A stretch of DNA of 26,321 bases from Verrucomicrobiales bacterium (GTDB taxonomy: Bacteria > Verrucomicrobiota > Verrucomicrobiia > Verrucomicrobiales > V1-33). The stretch lies in assembly GCA_031411295.1 (NCBI GenBank), contig JANOAV010000065.1, forward strand, positions 1 to 26,321. The letters run 5' to 3'. The notes below the pieces were generated by a model. It was not told where the DNA came from and did no database searches. It saw nothing but the letters and a program-made list of their open reading frames with translations. Position 1 is the first letter of the stretch, and each line of letters begins with the position of its first letter. Positions 1 to 9,172 of the stretch are shown in pieces. A program made the translations under genes and the position numbers.

Positions 1-107
1 GTCAAGGCGCAGGGCTAACTGGTGGACGGAACGTCCACCCTCCGGAGAATGCTGCCATTGACTTTGAGCTTGCTAATAAACGCACCATTTGCCACGTTAG
101 ACTCACA

Positions 108-1346
108 ATGAAGACAAAACATATTATCGCCATGGTGGGCACGTTTTTGGTGGGCAACCTTTGCCTAGCTGACGCGGTTGCTCCCCGCACCTGGACCGAT
201 GTGAACGGGCGGAGTCTGGAAGGAACGCTGGTGCAAGCATTACCTGACATGGTGAAGGTGCGCATCAAAAACGGAGCCGTCGTCTCATTACCGTTGATCA
301 CCCTCAGTCAGGCGGATCAGGATTTTGTTAGTAAAAACAAAGATGCCGTTCCCAAGACGCCCACGACCACCGCTCAAGCGTCCGCCCCCAAGGCTTTGGC
401 CGCCGCCACAACGCAGGCGGGCACCAAGTGGCCGGAGAAAGTGGTGCTGAAGGAATTGCCGGAGATCACGATCGTCAAAGAGGATGATGCCACAGGCGAG
501 TTTATCTATCAGTCTCCCCATTATGAATTTCGTTCGCCCAAAAGACTTGGTGGAGCAGTGGTGAAGGAATTCGCCCGCATCTTTGAGGTGACTTATCAGA
601 CCAACTGGGCGCTCCCGCTCAATTTCAAACCTGAGCCCGAAAAAGGGCGCGACCGGTTTCTCTGCAACATCTACGAGACCTACGAAGATTACATCAAGGC
701 AGGCGGACTGGATGGTTCTGCCGGGGTCTATATGGGAGGGAAAGATTTCATAGCCGTGCCTCTCAAAAGCTTGGGAGTGAAGTTCTTTGGCAAAAAACTC
801 GTGCTGGAACGGGGCGATGACAATGGAACCCTCATTCATGAAATTACCCACCAAATGATGAATCATTGGATCGGCAAGTTGCCGACCTGGTATGTCGAAG
901 GCGCGGCGGAATATGTCCGCATGGCCAAATATGAGCGGGGCAATATGTCATTTACCAACTCCGACAAACTCTTCCAAGACTTCCTCGAAGGTCGCGGCGG
1001 CGGTAAGACCTACACCATGGTCAATCTGGAGAAGCTCATGAAGATGGATGGCGCAACGTGGTCAGCCGCAATTGGGAAAGGCGGCGGAGCGGGACGCAAC
1101 TATGGTTCCGCTGGTGCGCTGACGTATTATTTCTACCACTGCGATGATAAAGGCGACGGTCAGCATATGATCGACTGCATCGAGGCCATCGGTAAAGGCG
1201 ACAACCCCATCAAAGCCGTGACGCAACATTTGCTGCGGGACCGGACCTACGCCCAGTTGCAGGAAGATGTCGAAAAAGGACTGCGCAAGAAAGGCGTCAA
1301 AATCAGTTGGACCGAAGGCGTGGATAACAGCGGCACCAAGAGCTAG
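108..1346 (+). CDS. Secreted SHD1-domain zinc metallopeptidase-like protein (gluzincin type)
   Basis: Signal peptide; SHD1-like start RTWTDVNGRSLEGTLV...LSQADQDFV; Ala/Thr/Pro linker; HEITH zinc motif followed by LPTWYVEGAAEY (third ligand Glu). Confidence 0.75.
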   Translation: MKTKHIIAMVGTFLVGNLCLADAVAPRTWTDVNGRSLEGTLVQALPDMVKVRIKNGAVVSLPLITLSQADQDFVSKNKDAVPKTPTTTAQASAPKALAAATTQAGTKWPEKVVLKELPEITIVKEDDATGEFIYQSPHYEFRSPKRLGGAVVKEFARIFEVTYQTNWALPLNFKPEPEKGRDRFLCNIYETYEDYIKAGGLDGSAGVYMGGKDFIAVPLKSLGVKFFGKKLVLERGDDNGTLIHEITHQMMNHWIGKLPTWYVEGAAEYVRMAKYERGNMSFTNSDKLFQDFLEGRGGGKTYTMVNLEKLMKMDGATWSAAIGKGGGAGRNYGSAGALTYYFYHCDDKGDGQHMIDCIEAIGKGDNPIKAVTQHLLRDRTYAQLQEDVEKGLRKKGVKISWTEGVDNSGTKS

Positions 1347-1528
1347 CAGGCGAGCAATGTCGGTTCTGCGTTTGCCGAATAATTGAACAATCGCGCAACT
1401 CGGTTGGTCAGTGCCCTGACGGCCTCCTGAAAAATCGTGACCAGGAGGCGTAAAATCTAAACTTGCTTCCTCCCCAGCTTTCGGTAAAATCGGCACCGCT
1501 TCCCCTTCCATAAATCACTTTTGAACCC

Positions 1529-2512
1529 ATGGCTTGCCCTTCCAGGAAACTCCTTCTTGCGTTGCTTAGTCTGTCCACTCTGCCTCTGACCCAGGTCGTG
1601 GCCCAGACCAAGCAGCCTGCGGCCAAAACGCCGGCCAAGCCCACCGCCACGAAGCCCGCCACTTCATCTGCGAAGCCCTCGCCCACCCCGGCCCCAAAGC
1701 CTGCGACAAAGCCTGCCGCCGCGACCCCAGCAGGAGCTACCGGAGCCGTGGGGCCAATTCCGGCCATGCCGCGCATCTACGCGCCCACCCGCCCGCGCGA
1801 GGTGAATCCCAAGTATCCGTGGAAAGAGAAAATTGCCACCACCGTCTTTTGGATCGGGGAGCAGCCCACGGAAGGAAATCCAGTGCCGAACCACGCCAGT
1901 TCATGGGATCCCACTTGGCAATTGAACTACGGCGGATACGACGAACCAAGTGCCGCCGGACGGAATTGGGATTTTGCTCCCAAAGCCTTCGTGCCCAAGT
2001 TGAATCCATTCTATGTCGCCCTGCCTTTCAACGACGTCACCAATCGCGAGATCGCCAAGCTGAAAATCCCTTGGCATAAGGCGAAATGGAAGGGTGGCTC
2101 GAGGGATACCGTCTGTGAGGATCGCTGGTTGGCGATCAAATTCAATAACAAACTTTGCTTCGCCCAGTGGGGCGATTGCGGCCCTTTTAACACCGACGAT
2201 GCTGATTATGTATTCGGCAACTCCCGCCCCAAGAATCAGGAGAACGATGGAGCCGGATTAGACGTATCCCCTGCCGTGCGCGATTTTCTGGGCATGAGCA
2301 GTGGAGCGCTTTGCGACTGGCGGTTTGTCGAAGACGACGAAGTTCTGGACGGTCCTTGGCGGCGTTACGGCAAGAATAATGGTTTCGTAAAAAATGATGC
2401 CACGGAACTGGCCAAGCTGCGGGCGGAGTATCAGGCGCTAGTCAAAAAGCGCGACGAATGGTTGAAGAATAACATCAACGACTACAAGTCCAACGCGATT
2501 CAGATTCGCTAG
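1529..2512 (+). CDS. Secreted hypothetical protein with Pro/Ala/Lys-rich linker and probable double-psi beta-barrel (RlpA-like) domain
   Basis: 327 aa; signal peptide; PAK-rich linker; FYVALP, WGDCGPF and GLDVSPAVRDFLG resemble the D-x-G-P and I-D-L-S motifs of RlpA/DPBB proteins. The ORF is solid, the fold is tentative. Confidence 0.6.
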   Translation: MACPSRKLLLALLSLSTLPLTQVVAQTKQPAAKTPAKPTATKPATSSAKPSPTPAPKPATKPAAATPAGATGAVGPIPAMPRIYAPTRPREVNPKYPWKEKIATTVFWIGEQPTEGNPVPNHASSWDPTWQLNYGGYDEPSAAGRNWDFAPKAFVPKLNPFYVALPFNDVTNREIAKLKIPWHKAKWKGGSRDTVCEDRWLAIKFNNKLCFAQWGDCGPFNTDDADYVFGNSRPKNQENDGAGLDVSPAVRDFLGMSSGALCDWRFVEDDEVLDGPWRRYGKNNGFVKNDATELAKLRAEYQALVKKRDEWLKNNINDYKSNAIQIR

Positions 2513-2550
2513 TGCTACCTCTGATAACAGAGGGATGTCACAACGAAGTG

Positions 2551-3636
2551 CTAGGCATTGGCCACGGACACAACGGCACCACGTTCCCGCCGCATACTGA
2601 GTTGGCCGCAACCAGCATCAACGTCGATCCCGCGGCGTTGGCGCACCGTGGTGGGGATGTTGGCAGCCAAGAGAATCCGTTGAAACTCCTCCACGGTGCG
2701 TTGGTCCGTGGTCATGCCGGTGTAGCCGTCGGTGAGGTTTAGCGGGATTAAATTTACCTGCACCTTCATGCCGTGCAGAATCTCCGCCAACTTGGCGGCG
2801 TGCTGTGTGGTATCATTCTTTCCAGCAATCATGGTCCAGGCGATGAATACCTTCTCCCCGGTAGATACGGAATATTCGCGACACGCCGCCAGGAGTTCAG
2901 CCAAGGGCCAACGTTTGTTCACGGGAATAAGCGCGCTGCGTTCTTCATCCGTGGCTCCGTGCAGGCTGACTGCCAAATGGTATCGCTGCGGCTGGGCCGC
3001 GAGTTGCCGGATGCCGGGAACATGGCCCACCGTGCTGATGCTGATCTTCGATGGGGCAATCCCCAGACCTCTGGAGTCTGTTAGGATGCTCAGCGCCTGC
3101 ATCACTGCAGTGAAATTATGCAGCGGTTCCCCCATCCCCATGAGGACGAGGTTCCGCAACTTCTCACCATTCAGTTTGGTGAGTTCCCGTTGCGCGTGCA
3201 GCGCCTGGGCCACGATTTCTCCCGGGCGTAAATGACGGGTAAAGCCCATTTGTCCGGTGGCACAGAAGACGCACCCCATGGCGCATCCCACTTGGGTGCT
3301 CAAGCATGCGGTGAACCGACCTGGGTAACCCATGAGCACGGTTTCCACGGCGTTTCCGTCCTCCATTTTTAGGAGATATTTCCGCGTTCGCCCATCCGTG
3401 CTGATGGTTTCCGTGACCACTTCCGGCACATCCAGAGGCAGGCTGTCGTGCGTGTAATTAGCGGCTATCCAGCGTTGCAGTGGTGGCAGAAACCTCGATT
3501 GCTCCGTAAGGTTAGTAGCAAGGCGACGGTGGAGGTGCTGAAACAACTCACGTGCATGAGTTGGCCCCACGCCGGATTCAGCGAATCGGCGTTCAAGGTC
3601 TGGCAACGTGAAGTCGTGAAGGGAACGCGGAGTCAT
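2551..3636 (-). CDS. rlmN: 23S rRNA A2503 / tRNA A37 C2-methyltransferase RlmN (radical SAM)
   Basis: STQVGCAMGCVFCATG (CxxxCxxC), MGMGEPL, SLHG, VNLIP, RRGIDVDAGCGQL. Confidence 0.93.
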   Translation of the reverse strand: MTPRSLHDFTLPDLERRFAESGVGPTHARELFQHLHRRLATNLTEQSRFLPPLQRWIAANYTHDSLPLDVPEVVTETISTDGRTRKYLLKMEDGNAVETVLMGYPGRFTACLSTQVGCAMGCVFCATGQMGFTRHLRPGEIVAQALHAQRELTKLNGEKLRNLVLMGMGEPLHNFTAVMQALSILTDSRGLGIAPSKISISTVGHVPGIRQLAAQPQRYHLAVSLHGATDEERSALIPVNKRWPLAELLAACREYSVSTGEKVFIAWTMIAGKNDTTQHAAKLAEILHGMKVQVNLIPLNLTDGYTGMTTDQRTVEEFQRILLAANIPTTVRQRRGIDVDAGCGQLSMRRERGAVVSVANA

Positions 3637-3685
3637 GCCGGAAGTTGCAAAGTGGACCGAACCGTCAGCACGGAAAAGTTGGCAA

Positions 3686-3757
3686 TGGTCCCGGCGGGAA
3701 TCGAACCTGCATCACCGGCTTCGGAGACCGATGCACTATCCATTGTGCTACGAGACC
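3686..3757 (-). tRNA. tRNA-Arg (anticodon CCG), CCA not encoded
   Basis: Reverse complement GGTCTCGTAGCACAATGGATAGTGCATCGGTCTCCGAAGCCGGTGATGCAGGTTCGATTCCCGCCGGGACCA folds as a cloverleaf; acceptor stem GGTCTCG/CGGGACC, anticodon loop CT-CCG-AA, T loop TTCGATT; followed by TTG rather than CCA. Confidence 0.95.
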
Positions 3758-4009
3758 GCATATTGGCGGGAGATGAAGGTGCCCACAGAGGAAGTTGACG
3801 CAAGGGAATTTTTACCAACAAAACGGATAATGGATAATTTGGAGTGATTATTCCACGGCCTGCGGCCCTAACTGGGAGTGGCGTGAGTCTCCCCGCCATT
3901 GGCAATGCCACCGCCCATGAGCGCCCCCAACCACACTCAAGCGCCAGCGAGTCATGCCGAGCGAGTCGAAATGGCGGACGGAGTCACGCCACTCCCAGAC
4001 ATCCCCGTA

Positions 4010-4687
4010 TCAATCGATGCGCAACTGCGCAACTCTCTCCGCTGCATCGGGCAGGCCTGCGGCGTGAATCTTGGCCTCGGCCCGACGGAGGAATTCATGC
4101 AATGCCAGATCAAAGGATTCCTTGAGGTAACCAGAGCTATCGATGGTGAATGATGCAGGATGGTTAGCGGAAATTTGGCGGAAAATGTCGCGTGATTTCT
4201 GCAGCAGGGATTTGTTCTCGAACTCGTTTGGTTTATCTCCCCGGGCGCGGATCCGGTGGAGGCCCACGTCCACTTCAGAATCCAGGATGAGGACCAAATC
4301 CGGTGGCGGGGCGAAACGCTCGTTGGAGGTCATAATTTCCTGAGGATCGGCTCCCCGGGCTCCTTGGTAGGCGGCACTGCTCCAATAGTAGCGATCAAGG
4401 ATGACGATTCCCCCACCCTCCATGGCGGGACTGATCGTGTTGGCTACATGCTGGCGCCGATCCAGTTCAAACAACTCCAACTCCCGCTCCAAAGTCAATC
4501 GCCCCGCCTTGGCGGAGGCACGGAGCTCTTGGCCCCATTTTAGGCTCGTTGGTTCCTTGGAGATCACACACGCCAAGCCGCGTTCTCCGCACCATTGCGC
4601 GAGCAAGGTGGCAAGGGAGGTTTTGCCAGCACCGTCGATGCCTTCAACGGCAATGAGGAAACCATGAGGAATCGGAGTCTTTAACAT
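4010..4687 (-). CDS. tmk: Thymidylate (dTMP) kinase
   Basis: P-loop IAVEGIDGAGKT, KEPT, ILDRYYWSSAAYQG, PDLVLILD; start taken at ATG 4687 (ORF open to 4747). Confidence 0.93.
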   Translation of the reverse strand: MLKTPIPHGFLIAVEGIDGAGKTSLATLLAQWCGERGLACVISKEPTSLKWGQELRASAKAGRLTLERELELFELDRRQHVANTISPAMEGGGIVILDRYYWSSAAYQGARGADPQEIMTSNERFAPPPDLVLILDSEVDVGLHRIRARGDKPNEFENKSLLQKSRDIFRQISANHPASFTIDSSGYLKESFDLALHEFLRRAEAKIHAAGLPDAAERVAQLRID

Positions 4688-4761
4688 GGGCACGAGTATT
4701 GATGGGCAAAATGGAATGGCAAGCAGGAGATACGGAGATTTCTGCATTCCGGCGGCACGAA

Positions 4762-4793
4762 GAAGCCCCGACCAGAGAACTGATCGGGGCTTC
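4762..4793 (-). terminator. Probable intrinsic terminator hairpin after the Gfo/Idh/MocA gene
   Basis: GAAGCCCCGA/TCGGGGCTTC 10-bp stem plus CAG/CTG and a 4-nt loop, ~24 nt past the stop at 4817; U-tail is weak. Confidence 0.6.
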
Positions 4794-4816
4794 CAAGATT
4801 TACGCTAACGGATCGC

Positions 4817-6187
4817 TTAGACGACCTCGGTCACACCTGGCACGGCAATCGGGTAACGTCCCTCCTTGTCGGGCATAACCTTGGATGGAGCGTCCCACGC
4901 GAGGTTGTCTGGATAGTCCGTCTTATTGGAATTCCAAGCAGCTTCCCACTTGATTTGCTTCCCGCTGTAGGTCGCCATCCGACCGAGCACCGCAGTGAAA
5001 GAACTGGTGTTGCCATAGTAGGCATTGTTCAACGGTGTATTGGTCTTGATTGCTCGGTGCAGGAGATCATGCTCCGTTTGATAGGGAGTAGGGTCCGGCT
5101 TGTCTTCTTCTTCCTTGTAACTCCAGAGCACTTTGCCTGCGCGGTCTCGGATGACACAGTTCTTATTGTCATTGAGATAGCAAATCCCCTTGGTGCCGAT
5201 GAGAGTTTCTGAGGTTTGAGCCCACGTGCCGGGTTGGTGTCTGCACTGGGAGTTGAGGACCACCCCGTTCGGGTAGGTGTATTCGACGTAGTGATGATCA
5301 TAGATCTGGCCAAATTCCAATCCCGTGCGCACTTGGCGACCGCCCATCCCTTGAGCGGAAATTGGGTGGACCGGCTTGTCGTTCGGGGCTCCGAGAGTTT
5401 CGCTGAGGAACCAGTTGAAGACGTCGATGTTGTGGACGTGCTGCTCTACGATATGGTCTCCGCAGAGCCAAACGAAGAAATACCAGTTATTGATCTGATA
5501 TTCCATTTCCGTTTGCCCTTCAATTCGTGGCTTGACCCATGGAGTGTTGCCGTTCCAGTAAACTTGGCCAGAGACGATATCGCCGATCAGGCCAGCTTTC
5601 ACTTGCTCCAAGGCGGCATGATAGCATTTCTGGTAACGTCGTTGAAGGCCAACGGCCACCTTTAGATTCTTGGTGTCAGCCAATTGAGCGGCGTCGTGAT
5701 AAATACGGGCACCCACTGCATCCACGCTCGTTGGCTTCTCAGAAAAAATGTGCTTACCCGCTTCTACAGCGGCTTTAAAATGGCGCGGACGGAAACCGGG
5801 AGGTGTCGCCAAGATCACCAGATCAGCCTCATTAATGGCATGAGTGTAAGCGTCCAAGCCCACGAATTTTTTATCATCCTTCACGTCCATTTTGTCAGGA
5901 TGTGCTGTTTTGAGAGTATTAAAGGCATCTTCTAGCCGTTTGCTGGAGGCGTCCGCCATGGCTACCAGTTTCACATTGCCATCCTTGGATGCCAAATTCT
6001 GATTGGCCGCACCGGTCCCACGTCCACCGCAGCCGATGAGCGCGAGTTTAATGGTGTCGCTACCTGCAACTTGGGCGCAGAGTTCGATGGGGAGAGCAGC
6101 AGCAGTTGCGGAGACCGCGGCTGCCTTGAGGAAACTCCGTCGATTGGATTCGGGGAGTTCTAGTGTTGGTTTGGTTTCAGTTGTCAT
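4817..6187 (-). CDS. Tat-exported Gfo/Idh/MocA family NAD(P)-dependent oxidoreductase
   Basis: Tat motif SNRRSFLK; Rossmann LIGCGGRGTGAA; ATPPGFRPRH; EKP; WLCGDHIVEQHVHNIDV. Confidence 0.9.
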   Translation of the reverse strand: MTTETKPTLELPESNRRSFLKAAAVSATAAALPIELCAQVAGSDTIKLALIGCGGRGTGAANQNLASKDGNVKLVAMADASSKRLEDAFNTLKTAHPDKMDVKDDKKFVGLDAYTHAINEADLVILATPPGFRPRHFKAAVEAGKHIFSEKPTSVDAVGARIYHDAAQLADTKNLKVAVGLQRRYQKCYHAALEQVKAGLIGDIVSGQVYWNGNTPWVKPRIEGQTEMEYQINNWYFFVWLCGDHIVEQHVHNIDVFNWFLSETLGAPNDKPVHPISAQGMGGRQVRTGLEFGQIYDHHYVEYTYPNGVVLNSQCRHQPGTWAQTSETLIGTKGICYLNDNKNCVIRDRAGKVLWSYKEEEDKPDPTPYQTEHDLLHRAIKTNTPLNNAYYGNTSSFTAVLGRMATYSGKQIKWEAAWNSNKTDYPDNLAWDAPSKVMPDKEGRYPIAVPGVTEVV

Positions 6188-6208
6188 GAGAATTAGTTAG
6201 ATTGGAGG

Positions 6209-7756
6209 TTATTTTCTTTGACCTTTGGGGTCCAGATTGGCGGCCGCTTCCTCTGGGCTCAGGGATTTGACAGGCACGCCCTCCGCAGGGACCTCAGCTT
6301 TGGAAATCCACGTGATGGCATTAAGGACCACTTTGCGGAAATTGTCATCCTGCCAGTTCTTGTGGAAGTGAGCGCCAGTGAAACCAAAGCCCCGGGAGCC
6401 ACCTTCATTTTCGCTCACCCACATCATGTGCTGGGGCTCGCCCTTGGCCACGGCTTCACGCACGGCCGGATTGCCTTCATGCGGACCGTCTTTGCGGGTC
6501 AGAGTGTCGGGCCCCGGAAGGGCGGTAAGTATCGGCGTGACGCCTTTCATTTCAGGACGGAAACGCATGTGGTAATACCATTCGTCGTTCGCCTTGAAGG
6601 GCTTTACGCCTCGGGTCACGGCATGCACGGGAAACTTCTCGAAGTTGGCATCCCAGTGCGGATTGACACTCCAGTTGGCTTCAAAGAAACCGCCGGTCCA
6701 AGCCAGGAAAGCATCTCCAGGAGGCCCCGTCACAGTTTCCACTGCATAGTGAATGAAGCCCACGCCCATGCCGCGTTTCACCTCGGCATCAATTTCTTTA
6801 AGGTGGTTATTCATCGGGTGCCCGCCACCGCCATCGCTATAGCCGATCAGGGCATCGGCGTTATCCAATGCGGTCGGATCCTTCGGCCAACCGCCGGAGT
6901 AAACGGTCGCCAGCACTTGATCGCCAAATTGTTCGTTGAGGCTCTTGGCCAGCAACATACATCCAGCCCGGTGCTCGTGCTGACCGGGACCATGGCTGGG
7001 ATTGCCTGCCGCAAATACCACCTTCTTCACTCCCACGAGCGGGAAGCGCTTCAGCATCAGATTCTTGAATTGCACCTTTTCCTGCTTCACTCCAGCATGA
7101 AGTTGCAGCGCCAGAATGCCACTGCGGCGGCGGGTTTTGGTGTCGTTGTCGGTCACCTCGGACATGAGTTGTCCATTGATGTAATTCTGCTGAGTGAACC
7201 CACGGAACACCACGCGATAATGGTTCCAGTCGTCCTGCTTGATCGTCTTCTGCAGGTCCTCGCTCTTGGCGAACTGTTCTTTGACCACGGGCTTGCCGTC
7301 GTCACCAATTTCCGTTTTCTGACCACGATTGGCCAGGATGCCGCGGAAGGCTTCGCCATACACGATGCCGCTGTAAGTGGTGCCAGCTTCGAAATCGGCC
7401 TGATAACCGCCTACGCCCCACTGGGAGTTCGGGAGGCGGAAACTACGCACCTGCATGCCGCTGTTGCCGCCGACGATCTTGTAATCCAGATTCAATTCGA
7501 AATCATCCAGTTCCCCGTCTTTCCAGATCAGGAACGTATTCTTTTCCGGTTGGTTTTCTGGAGTGGCCTCGCCAGTGATGCAGCCATCTTCCACGCGCCA
7601 GAACTTTGGGTCGCCATCCCAATGGTCCTCCAGCTTGTCGGTGGGTTTGAAAATGGCGGTGCCGACAGCGGCAGCATCCTGGGCGATGGCACCAGGCGCA
7701 AAGGCTAGACTGGCCGTAGCCAGGGCAAGGAAGGTAACGGAGCGAGATTTACTCAT
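6209..7756 (-). CDS. Secreted DUF1080 (3-keto-disaccharide hydrolase-like) + ThuA domain fusion
   Basis: Signal peptide; WRVEDGCITG, DFELNLDYK, NSGMQ, GYQAD, WNHYRV, GILALQLH (DUF1080); then SHGPGQHEHRAG, IHYAV, DEWYY, GFTGAHFH (ThuA-like). Confidence 0.88.
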   Translation of the reverse strand: MSKSRSVTFLALATASLAFAPGAIAQDAAAVGTAIFKPTDKLEDHWDGDPKFWRVEDGCITGEATPENQPEKNTFLIWKDGELDDFELNLDYKIVGGNSGMQVRSFRLPNSQWGVGGYQADFEAGTTYSGIVYGEAFRGILANRGQKTEIGDDGKPVVKEQFAKSEDLQKTIKQDDWNHYRVVFRGFTQQNYINGQLMSEVTDNDTKTRRRSGILALQLHAGVKQEKVQFKNLMLKRFPLVGVKKVVFAAGNPSHGPGQHEHRAGCMLLAKSLNEQFGDQVLATVYSGGWPKDPTALDNADALIGYSDGGGGHPMNNHLKEIDAEVKRGMGVGFIHYAVETVTGPPGDAFLAWTGGFFEANWSVNPHWDANFEKFPVHAVTRGVKPFKANDEWYYHMRFRPEMKGVTPILTALPGPDTLTRKDGPHEGNPAVREAVAKGEPQHMMWVSENEGGSRGFGFTGAHFHKNWQDDNFRKVVLNAITWISKAEVPAEGVPVKSLSPEEAAANLDPKGQRK

Positions 7757-7906
7757 GAAGCAGGGATTCAGTGTTAATTAAACCGCATCGAATTAATGCG
7801 ACTGGGAGGATTCAATCGTAATAAACCAACTCCGTCAAGACACCCCACCGCCGTGAAGGCGGAAATGTGCCCTGACCAGAGGCAGGTTCCCCACAAGCCC
7901 GCGGCA

Positions 7907-8989
7907 CTATTTCTTATCCGCACCCATGGTTTCCAGCATCAGCAAACAAAGGCAAGTCCGGTAGATTTCCGCATCTGCTCCAGCCGCAGCGCTTGTAGCC
8001 GCGGCAAAGCTCCCGACCTCTTGACTCCACGAGCCATCCGCCTTCTGAAATTGCAGTAACTGTGGTGCGACCATAAGTTTCCAAGCATTCCACGTGGTCG
8101 GATTCGAGTAACGAAGCGCCATCGTGGTGCCATACCAACTGTATAGATTGGCGTTCTTCCGCCAGTCGGGCGGGTCCTTCTGGTATTCGTGCAACAACCA
8201 ATGAGCTACGCCTAAAGCTTTGGTATCTGCAGGCCGGGCCCGCAGCAGCACGGAAAGCCCGGGTCCGGTCAGGGTATAAATACCATAGGCCCCGTCTCGC
8301 CTCGAATTCTGACCAATGCCGCCTTCCGGTTGGCGCTTGCTGACCACGTAGGCCTCGGCTCTTCTTAAGGCCTCTGGGAGCCCGTCCACACGGATCTGGG
8401 TGCTGGCCAGACTCTTTAACGCATGATAAGTCCACCAGGTCACGGACAAGTCTTCCCGATCCTTCACGTAAGCGGGACTCGATGCCCCGTAGCCCCAGGA
8501 ACCGGAGGCTTGCTGGGCCCGGATGATGATCTCTCCGCATTGCTCAATCCCGAGCTTCAATCTGGGTTCCGTGCCTCCAGCTTTGCCGTAAGCGATCAGC
8601 GCCTCGAGGGCAATGGCGTTTTCATAGACGCAATGGGTCGTAATCCCGAGATTTCCAGAAATGAACCAATTGTGTATCTCACCCTCCTTCAATAAACACG
8701 TGGCCGCATTCGCTATGGACCCGTCAGGAACACCTCCATCCAAGAGGGCTTGGAGCGCCAATCCCGTTATCCCACAGCGATATTTCTCTCCCCAGGACCC
8801 ATCGGTTTTCTGCGTCCCGCGCAACCACTTCTTTCCCGCCGCTACGGCCTGCGCTGGCGTCGATGGTTGCGCGGTCTTTGCATCAGGGAGCGGCAGCAAT
8901 CGATTCTGCCCCAAGAGTCCGTTAGGATTGCTCCCAAACAACGCAACTGTGCACGCGAAGGAGAGATGAAATCGAGGAAAAAATGCCAT
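7907..8989 (-). CDS. Prenyltransferase/squalene oxidase repeat-containing protein
   Basis: QW-like repeats WLRGTQKTDGSW, AQQASGSWGY, QFQKADGSW and C-terminal YRTCLCLLMLE; start uncertain (ORF open to 9097), ATG 8989 precedes a signal-like segment. Confidence 0.8.
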   Translation of the reverse strand: MAFFPRFHLSFACTVALFGSNPNGLLGQNRLLPLPDAKTAQPSTPAQAVAAGKKWLRGTQKTDGSWGEKYRCGITGLALQALLDGGVPDGSIANAATCLLKEGEIHNWFISGNLGITTHCVYENAIALEALIAYGKAGGTEPRLKLGIEQCGEIIIRAQQASGSWGYGASSPAYVKDREDLSVTWWTYHALKSLASTQIRVDGLPEALRRAEAYVVSKRQPEGGIGQNSRRDGAYGIYTLTGPGLSVLLRARPADTKALGVAHWLLHEYQKDPPDWRKNANLYSWYGTTMALRYSNPTTWNAWKLMVAPQLLQFQKADGSWSQEVGSFAAATSAAAGADAEIYRTCLCLLMLETMGADKK

Positions 8990-9172
8990 GACCGCAAGTA
9001 AATCCGAAAGCCTGACGGCTGGCAAGCAAGAATCCATGGTCGCTCCGGCAAACCACCCTGAAACCCCGTTTGGAAAATTGCAAAATCGAGAAAGCATTCC
9101 TTTACAGTGACGCCCCGTCCGCCTAGCGTTTACGATTCCTAGACTTTTTCCCTCTTAAAATTACAGAATTCC

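Noticed and set aside
1360..1450. Hairpins in the leader of the 1529 gene (GCCTCCTG/CAGGAGGC)
   Set aside because: No recognisable riboswitch consensus and no U-tail.
3686..3720. tRNA 3' end as a prophage/island att site
   Set aside because: No second copy of the tRNA 3' end and no integrase found in the window.
3899..4153. 84-aa plus-strand ORF
   Set aside because: Overlaps the tmk 3' end by 144 bp on the opposite strand; no motif.
6218..7708. 496-aa plus-strand ORF
   Set aside because: Antisense shadow of the DUF1080-ThuA gene; expected from codon bias; no motifs.
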